Below are positions 56,900 through 64,000 of a stretch of 64,000 bases of DNA, one piece after another. The translations under genes and the position numbers were made by a program. The notes beneath the pieces are model-generated. The model made no database searches. It was not told the origin of the DNA and saw only the letters and a program-made list of their open reading frames with translations. Origin of the DNA: Fistulifera solaris. Lineage: Eukaryota. Location of the stretch: assembly GCA_030295235.1 (NCBI GenBank), contig AP026132.1, forward strand, positions 1,240,001 through 1,304,000. The letters run 5' to 3'. How positions within the stretch are numbered: position 1 is the stretch's first letter; each line of letters opens with the position of its first letter.

Positions 56900-59800
56900 T
56901 CAAGGCTGACCCTTCGCTTGATTTAAAGCTACTCGCAAGGCTTCACAAGTGTCTTTGGCATCTCCGAGAAGAACATCTGTGTTGTCTTTAAACAAGATGG
57001 GATTCTGCATACCAGCGTACCCAGTATTTCCAACAGAGCGCTTCATTACAATTACTTGACCACTTTTCCAAACACGGAGAACGGGCATGCCATAAATGCT
57101 GCAAGAGGGATCGTCTTCTGCAGCTGACGAGACAGTATCGGACGCTATTGTTTTGTGTATTGATGCAAAATGTCAGAAAATTGCAATCGACACATTGATT
57201 TGAGTCACAAAGTCCTTACCTCCAATAACAAGGGTCACATCTACATCAGGAAAGTCGTCATTTATTTCTTCCATTTCGAAAACCATATCATACGGAACAC
57301 CGGCCTCGGCCAACAAGACGTTCAATTGCCCCGGCATTCGTCCAGCAACGGGGTGGATACCGAACCGAACTTCCTTGCCCATGCTTTTTAGTGATTTAGC
57401 TATTTCCGCAATGGCGAACTGTGCTTGGGCAACGGCAAGACCGTATCCAGGTGTGATCATGATTGATTTTGCTTCCATAAGAGTATTAATTGTGTCATCC
57501 ACCGTGGTTATAGTGACTTCTCCTTCCATATCGGACGAGCTATCAATCGCTTTTGGAGCTACAGATCCTGCTCCACCAAGAATGACACTAACGACATTAC
57601 GACCCATAGCTTCGCACATAATCCAGGTGAGAATTGCACCGCTGAAACCAATCAGCGCACCTACTTCAGCAAGCAGTGGATTTCCTAGTAAAAAACCTTC
57701 GGCGCATAGAGCCCAACCCGAGTAGGAGTTCAAAATAGTAATCACTACAGGCATATCAGCTCCACCGATGCTCGCCGTTAAATGCCATCCTAGAAGAGAG
57801 GACACAGCTGCCACCAGACCTAAAGATCCCAGCTGTACCGTTTCAGCATCGAATCCGGTCCCCAACAGAGCTGGATTCAAAAATGTAGCCATACCGAGGG
57901 TGCACGCTGCGACCATAGCGAGATTGAGCTGATCGCGCCCGGGGAGTTGCAACGGCTTGCTGCTCATCATCTCGGCCAGTTTCGCGAAGGCTACCACAGA
58001 TCCAGCAAAGGTCACCCCACCAATGAATGTTGCTAGGTATATAGCTGCCATGGTTCCTATACCTAACATCGAAGGATCTGACAAGAATTCTCCAGCAGCC
58101 CCCGCCATTGCCGCTAGACCGACTAAGCTATGGAACGCAGCCACCGTCTGCGGCAGTTCCGTAGGCCCGACCTTGGACGCAACGCTACTGCCAATAATTC
58201 CTCCTGTTGCCGCAAGCAGACCCGCTTGCTGAAATGCTGATACACTTGCCTCTGCAGTAACCATATCGGCAGCCGTCGCTGCCAAGCCAAATGTTACACC
58301 AGCCATCCCAAGCACGTTACCCGTGCGAGCAGTTTGCTGATCGGCGAGTCCAGCAATGCCTGAGATACAACACAAAGCCGCTGCAATCGCCGTCGTTCCA
58401 GCCATAACGGGCAGTCCAGCACCATTCACGAATAAAGTTCCTGCTAAACCACTTAACAGCAATACAGCGGGAATTGTATACAATTCGAAATAATCCTTTG
58501 GGTCGGTCGGACGACGAAACAAATCCAGCATTTTGCCACTGACAGAAAACCCGCCGACAATGTTGACGAAACTGAGTGCGACTGCAGCTGCCCCCATCCA
58601 ATGTGCAGGAGAGTCAGGGATCAGACCAGTAGTTTCCTCTGCGTTATGACCAAGCAATAACATTCCGCCGACTGCAGTCATCCCGCTAATAGCATTGGTG
58701 ACAGCCATGAGGGGAGAATGCAAAGCGGGCGCAACACCCCATACAACCTGATATCCAGCAAGACCCGCAAGAGCGAAACTCGCCAACAGACTGACACTGC
58801 TCATATCATTAGTATTCAAACCAAAAGCAACCAAAGCGGCGGCCGCTAAACTGGCTATTCCAGTATTCCGGATGACTGCAGAGCGCTGGTCTCGTGCGGC
58901 TTTTTCTGTTTGCTGCTCGGGAGTCAAAATGACTTCTACTGCTGTCGTAGCCGATGGCGGCGGCGGTGGGGGTGCAAATGGTTTAATTTGGTCCGGCCAG
59001 CGAGCTTGACCATCCACGGCAATAAGCATATTTTGAACCGCATCGTCGTTTAAATCAATTTGCAAATGTCCCTTAATCTTGGTTGTCTGCGGTCCCATGC
59101 TGAGAACAAACTTCGCAATATTGTTGGCAAACATGTTGCTAGCCGTGGAAGCCAAACGACTGGGCATATCTGTATAACCGATGATCTTGACACCCTTATC
59201 GGTTGTGATGACCTTGTTTGGTTGTGTCGCAGCCACATTGCCACCGTTCGCCGCCGCAAGATCAACACAAACCGATCCTGGTTTCATGACACTCAACATC
59301 TCTTCGTCTACCAGAATGGGTGCTTTCTTACCAGGAATCAAAGCTGTCGTAATGATAATATCAACGTCCTTGGCCTGTTCCAGCATGAGCGCCGCTTGTG
59401 CTTTCTTGTATCCGTCACTCATTTCTTTGGCGTACCCTCCGGCGCCACTTCCATCTTCCTCATAATCGACTTCCAGAAAAGTAGCACCCATGCTTTCTAC
59501 TTGTTCTTTTGTGACAGGACGTACATCAAAAGCCCGAACGATGGCTCCCATATTCTTGGCTGTCTGAATGGCGGCAAGGCCCGCAACCCCTGCACCCAAA
59601 ACGAGAACTTTGGCTGGAGGCACTTTGCCTGCTGCAGTCATCTGACCGGCAAAGAAACGAGGAAACTCTTCGGCCGCTTCAATAACAGCACGATATCCGG
59701 CAATGTTGGCTTGCGAGGAAAGAGTATCAAATGCCTGTCCACGCGACAGAAGACGAGGTACACAATCCAAGGCGAAGACAGTTGTTTTTTGTTCGACAAG

Positions 59801-60388
59801 ACTTCGGTATAGATCTGTATGAATCGCTGGTTGAATAGTGGCAATAAGAGCTTTTCCTGCTAGCTTCGGAATCTCATCTTCATTTGGCGGGCGAACCTTG
59901 GTGAAAAGATCGGCTACTTCGAAAACCTGTTCACCTTTGAGTACGACGGCACCTGCTTCTAAGTAGGCAGCATCACTGAAGGAAGCATTTTCCCCCGCTG
60001 TATAGAAAGGTCAGTGTTAGATCAGTATACCGACTGCTGTAAGTCGCGAGGGGAAGTCTTTCTCATCCAATAACGTACCTCCGGATTGTACGACGACTTG
60101 AAAGCCTGCCTTGACCAAATTCTTGACACTATCGGGAGTTTGAGAGACCCGATTCTCTCCCTCGAATGTTTCTTTGAGAACACCAATCGTTATATCTGGA
60201 TAGGGGATCGATTTTCCTACCACAACTTTGGGCTCAGGAATACCCATCAAATCAAACTGGACTTTCTTTTTGTTGTCAATCGTCGACAGCAACGACGTCA
60301 CAGGACGCGCAACTGGTGTGTACGGTGTCACCCATGCTTGCGTGCTCGACGAGGCGAGAAAGAAGAACGATAAGAGCAATGCCTTCAT
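56900..60388 (-). CDS. NNT: Proton-translocating NAD(P) transhydrogenase, single-chain alpha-beta; introns 59998-60078 and 57145-57219
   Basis: [107 protein letters not shown] and KRS. Confidence 0.97.
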
Positions 60389-61014
60389 GATAGAAAACTC
60401 TTTTCAACCTTTTCACTCTTTCTCAGCAGAAACTGATTGCTGTAAAAGATGGAACAAAAAAGAGATCTTTTGACGTGTTTTTTTCTTCCTCTCATGTGAC
60501 AATAATTGCACCGCCAAGAAAGGGTTCGCTTCATGTGTCAACGCGATGTTTTTTTGACGCGAAGATAATAATTATCCACGCAACGACTAACAGAGCGACA
60601 GGGTATCTTTGCTATCAGAAAAGCAGATGGCAAACGACAGTGTAGTACCGGTAGGAAACGAAAGTCTACAGAAAAAGTATTCTTCAATCTACAAAGTCCG
60701 AAACCAGTGACGTCGCAGAACAAGGAACGTTTTCTCTGCTTCGTGCTTCGTGCTTCGTTCTTCCGTCTCACTTTTCAAAATAATAAATCTAGCTAGATAG
60801 CTCACAGCGCCCGAGCTAGAATGAAAGAATAGTTTGAGTCTTTTTTACGTCTAGCGATCTAGTAAATCCGGTGCAAGCGCTTTCGAAACTTCGTTAATGA
60901 AACGTGCATCCATGCTCCATGTGTCCTGACTTGAAGCCACGTATATGAATAGTCCAACTTCGCATTCGCAGCAATTACTTTAGTCGTCTGTAAACAGATC
61001 AGCACGGCACCTTA

Positions 61015-62682
61015 TCAATGTAGGAAACGCTTGCAGTGCGGAAGACAAATTTCACCCTTTGAATTACACAAGTCACATCTATTTGGATTAGGCTGTCCGG
61101 TCAGCGACAAGACTCTTTCCCACAATAACCCGTTTGGATCCAATTTCTGAGGACTTGTTGCGACAAGAAGAGGTATGGGAATGTAAACACCATGACTGTT
61201 CACCTGACCCACGGAAAAAGCTGTGTAGCCACACATGGCTCCATGGACCGCGTTTTGCGCCAGTTCGGTACAATATACCGTATCCAATGCGTTGGCCGGT
61301 ACCGAACGAACCATGTAAGAAGGATCAATGTAACGGACAGTGCATTCCAGTCCCTTCTCATGAAAATGCTCCTGAATTTTCGTTTTAATGTATTCGCCAA
61401 TGGGTGGCAGCTTCTTATTACCACGATTGTCTTTTCCCGGTGGCGGTCCAAGAATTTCTTCTCCTGCACCTTCCGCAACAACGACCACTGCATATTTCTT
61501 TTCTTCCACGCGCTTTTCTAGAAAGTGAAGAATACCATCCTGTCCCTCCAATATGATGGGGACTTCAGGAATCAATACGCAATCGACATCACCACTCCCC
61601 AGCGCAGCGTATGCGGTCAAGTATCCGGCGGACCGGCCCATCAGCTTCACCACGGTGATGCCTCTCGGACTTACGCACATGCTCTCGGTTTTGGCGGTTC
61701 GAATACTGGCTTGGGCTGCTTCAACGCTGCTCAAGAAGCCGAATGAACGATCAATGTAGTCGACATCATTGTCAATAGTTTTCGGAATGCCCACCAAAGA
61801 CACGTTCAAGTTTTGCTTCATGCACTCTTCGTGAATACTTAGAATTGCTCTGTGTGTACCATCGCCTCCAATCACGTAGAGCTGCGATATATCTTTCTCC
61901 TGAAGAAAGCAAACTATCTTTTCAATATCGAAACCACCGCGACCACTGCGAAGGACTGTACCCCCCTCATGATGAATATCCTCCACGAACTCGTTGGTCA
62001 AGAGGATCGGCTCAAAGTCTTTCAAACCAAGAAAGCCTCGAAATCCTCCACGGATCCCCCAAACTTGGTTGGCACCATAGGCGCTACAAAGACTGTGAGT
62101 CAGCTCGCGAATTACATTGTTGATACCAGGACTGAGTCCACCACAGGTCACGATCGCAGCATTGACACGCGACGGACTGAAATGCAATAGTTCACGAGGA
62201 CCAGCGCGAACGAACGCACGTGATAGAGAAACCAATTCAGGTGTTCGGACGACATCCAAGTAAACTACATCGTCATCGCTGAAGTATTCATTGTAGTCAA
62301 AGGAAATACACTGCGAGGACGTTGGTTCCGATAAATCCGTGCGGCTCGTATCCCAATCCTTTTGATCTTGAAAGTATTTTGGAGGGTGCACAGGAATGGG
62401 CTTGAAAAGTTCCACACGACTGTTGCAAGTGTTATCCGAAGAAAAGTATTCGCGCAATGATTCTAGTTTTGCTACAAAGACCTTTTTCACGACAAGATGC
62501 TCCTCCGTGTGGGCTTCAAACCCGGCCCGAGAAAGATAGCCCTCCAGTTGAGCCCGATCTTCCTCTTGATTCAAAATACCGTGTGAAGAACCTCGGAAAA
62601 AATGATTGATAGTCTCCTGCTCTTGCACCATGGTTCTTACGTTTTCGAGAAGAGGATCGTATTCCAGCTTTATTGTTGCCAT
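61015..62682 (-). CDS. PFK: ATP-dependent 6-phosphofructokinase (plant/protist group X type)
   Basis: RAGPR, AAIVTCGGLSPGINNVIR, IGGDGT, PKTIDND, VKLMGRSAG, AEGAG and YIDPSYMVRSVPA. Confidence 0.93.
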   Translation of the reverse strand: MATIKLEYDPLLENVRTMVQEQETINHFFRGSSHGILNQEEDRAQLEGYLSRAGFEAHTEEHLVVKKVFVAKLESLREYFSSDNTCNSRVELFKPIPVHPPKYFQDQKDWDTSRTDLSEPTSSQCISFDYNEYFSDDDVVYLDVVRTPELVSLSRAFVRAGPRELLHFSPSRVNAAIVTCGGLSPGINNVIRELTHSLCSAYGANQVWGIRGGFRGFLGLKDFEPILLTNEFVEDIHHEGGTVLRSGRGGFDIEKIVCFLQEKDISQLYVIGGDGTHRAILSIHEECMKQNLNVSLVGIPKTIDNDVDYIDRSFGFLSSVEAAQASIRTAKTESMCVSPRGITVVKLMGRSAGYLTAYAALGSGDVDCVLIPEVPIILEGQDGILHFLEKRVEEKKYAVVVVAEGAGEEILGPPPGKDNRGNKKLPPIGEYIKTKIQEHFHEKGLECTVRYIDPSYMVRSVPANALDTVYCTELAQNAVHGAMCGYTAFSVGQVNSHGVYIPIPLLVATSPQKLDPNGLLWERVLSLTGQPNPNRCDLCNSKGEICLPHCKRFLH

Positions 62683-64000
62683 GGTGTACCGAGCTACTAA
62701 ACGACAATGCAGATGATGATTTTCTTATTTTCTTCGATTTGAGAACACTGATGCGAGAGCCGCGACTGAGAACAGTCGCGGTGTCTCCGACATTGCGACA
62801 TCATTCTTGCATTTTTCGCATCAGAAATGAAGAAATGAAGCCAATCACCGGTTGAAGCAGGAAAGGCGTAAGCAATATACGCCCGCTGAAAGTGTTAAAG
62901 TAATCAACAAGGCCATACATTGCTTTTTTTGAACAATTTTGCGACAGTAAATCGTTTCGAAGGCGTGACTCTTACGAGAGTATCACACGTCGTTATCACC
63001 GTTCAATTGTCTCGACAACAAAGCAGGCAGAAGAAGAACAGTATTTAGGAGTTGAGAAGCTCATTTTGATTATCCTTTCTTTTGCTCCAGATCTATATAG
63101 CCACAATAGAAACGAGAGCGGCGAATTGAAGCAAATTTCTTCACCGTTTGTCGACCGTCAACTCGTTTTAGCCGTCATCTCTCTTTCAAATGCAGCAGAC
63201 AACGGCGGTAGGTCAAACGATGTCATAGAGGGAATACCTGATACCGTAGTCTGATCCTTTCGCTTGCTGCTTCGGCTCTATGGTGTCGCATCACCTTGAC
63301 GATTTTCGATGTTTCGCTCTCGTCGACCATGTCTCAGGACTGAATATTTTTTAGTCATTAGCCCTGGCTTGACTATAGCAATAAAGTGTAAATCGACTTT
63401 TCCAAGACTGCAGTTCAGTCATGAATGAAGAATTCTGCTCTCCCACCGCTCGCACCAGGCTGTGAAACATATAGTCTTTAGCACCAGGGACGAAGTTAAC
63501 TATGTCTCCATTTGTACTTCAAATCTACAGTCACATTATTACTTAGGACAAAGAACAAAGAACGGGAATCAAAGGTAGTACATTTTTGTATCATTTGTTA
63601 AGGTAATGACTATTCAATATTTAAGCCTGTACAATACTATATTGTAGCTAAATAAATGCATTTATTTTTTTAGGCCAAAGCTAACCGGGCGAGCGAAAAT
63701 GAAGTTGAAAATGTCTAAAAATAATGTCAACGGTACTCAGAAACACCGCTCAATGACCCATTTACACTTTTGCCACTTTCGTCCTAACCGCATTTCCACC
63801 TCCAAAATGATGCTTGGACAGAAATTGAACAGATCAGCGCGCCTGCCAATCCTCCCCGCCATTTTTTGAAAATTCACCTCACTTGAACAACAGCGTCAAC
63901 GCGTTCAGTTGACACAATTTTCATTCTCTTGCTCGTCCAATCAATGCCCACTAAAGTTTCAAGTGTTTGTTCATTGGTTATCACTTGATAAAACATGGGA

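Noticed and set aside
55439..59812. Long antisense ORFs over SIT and NNT (55439-56170, 59060-59812)
   Set aside because: These are shadow ORFs caused by codon bias of the real genes on the opposite strand.
62760..62781. 9-bp GC-rich hairpin CCGCGACTG-AGAA-CAGTCGCGG upstream of PFK (possible Helitron end or terminator)
   Set aside because: There is no CTRR terminus or U-tract at the expected distance, and an isolated hairpin is not enough to call a feature.
62900..64000. Possible pseudogene (63000-63331, minus strand) and possible transposon end near 63671
   Set aside because: The frames are interrupted with no recognisable homology, and no partner TIR or TSD is visible within the window.

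Overview
Gene-dense eukaryotic nuclear DNA from a diatom. The evidence is a silicon transporter (SIT), ASAFAP-type bipartite plastid presequences and short GT-AG introns. About 30 protein genes are present, including RPP30, ALG6, HCF101, a class I aminotransferase, MCCA, two MORN proteins, a PyrD-CRM fusion, a COG0523/CobW GTPase, two RluA-like proteins, TFB4, an EDR2-C protein, Tic22, a sterol methyltransferase, SIT, NAD(P) transhydrogenase and PFK. About 15 single-base frameshifts, nearly all in homopolymer runs, look like assembly errors rather than biology. The main unexplained system is a five-member family of small secreted precursors in the first 20 kb. All five share the layout signal peptide | 1-Cys segment | RRxL | 4-Cys core (C-D-x-C-R-x5-S-[LY]-C-x2-M-[YF]-N-C) | RRxL...RxL | 3-Cys segment, which suggests a processed cysteine-rich peptide. 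Other observations: two RluA paralogues that both lack the catalytic Asp (HRLG), a transhydrogenase with a plastid-type presequence, three MITEs with clear TIR/TSD signatures, 52-bp and ~248-bp tandem arrays, and a strongly recurrent intergenic 9-mer TACGGAGTA. All functional calls come from motif recognition by eye; no searches were run.
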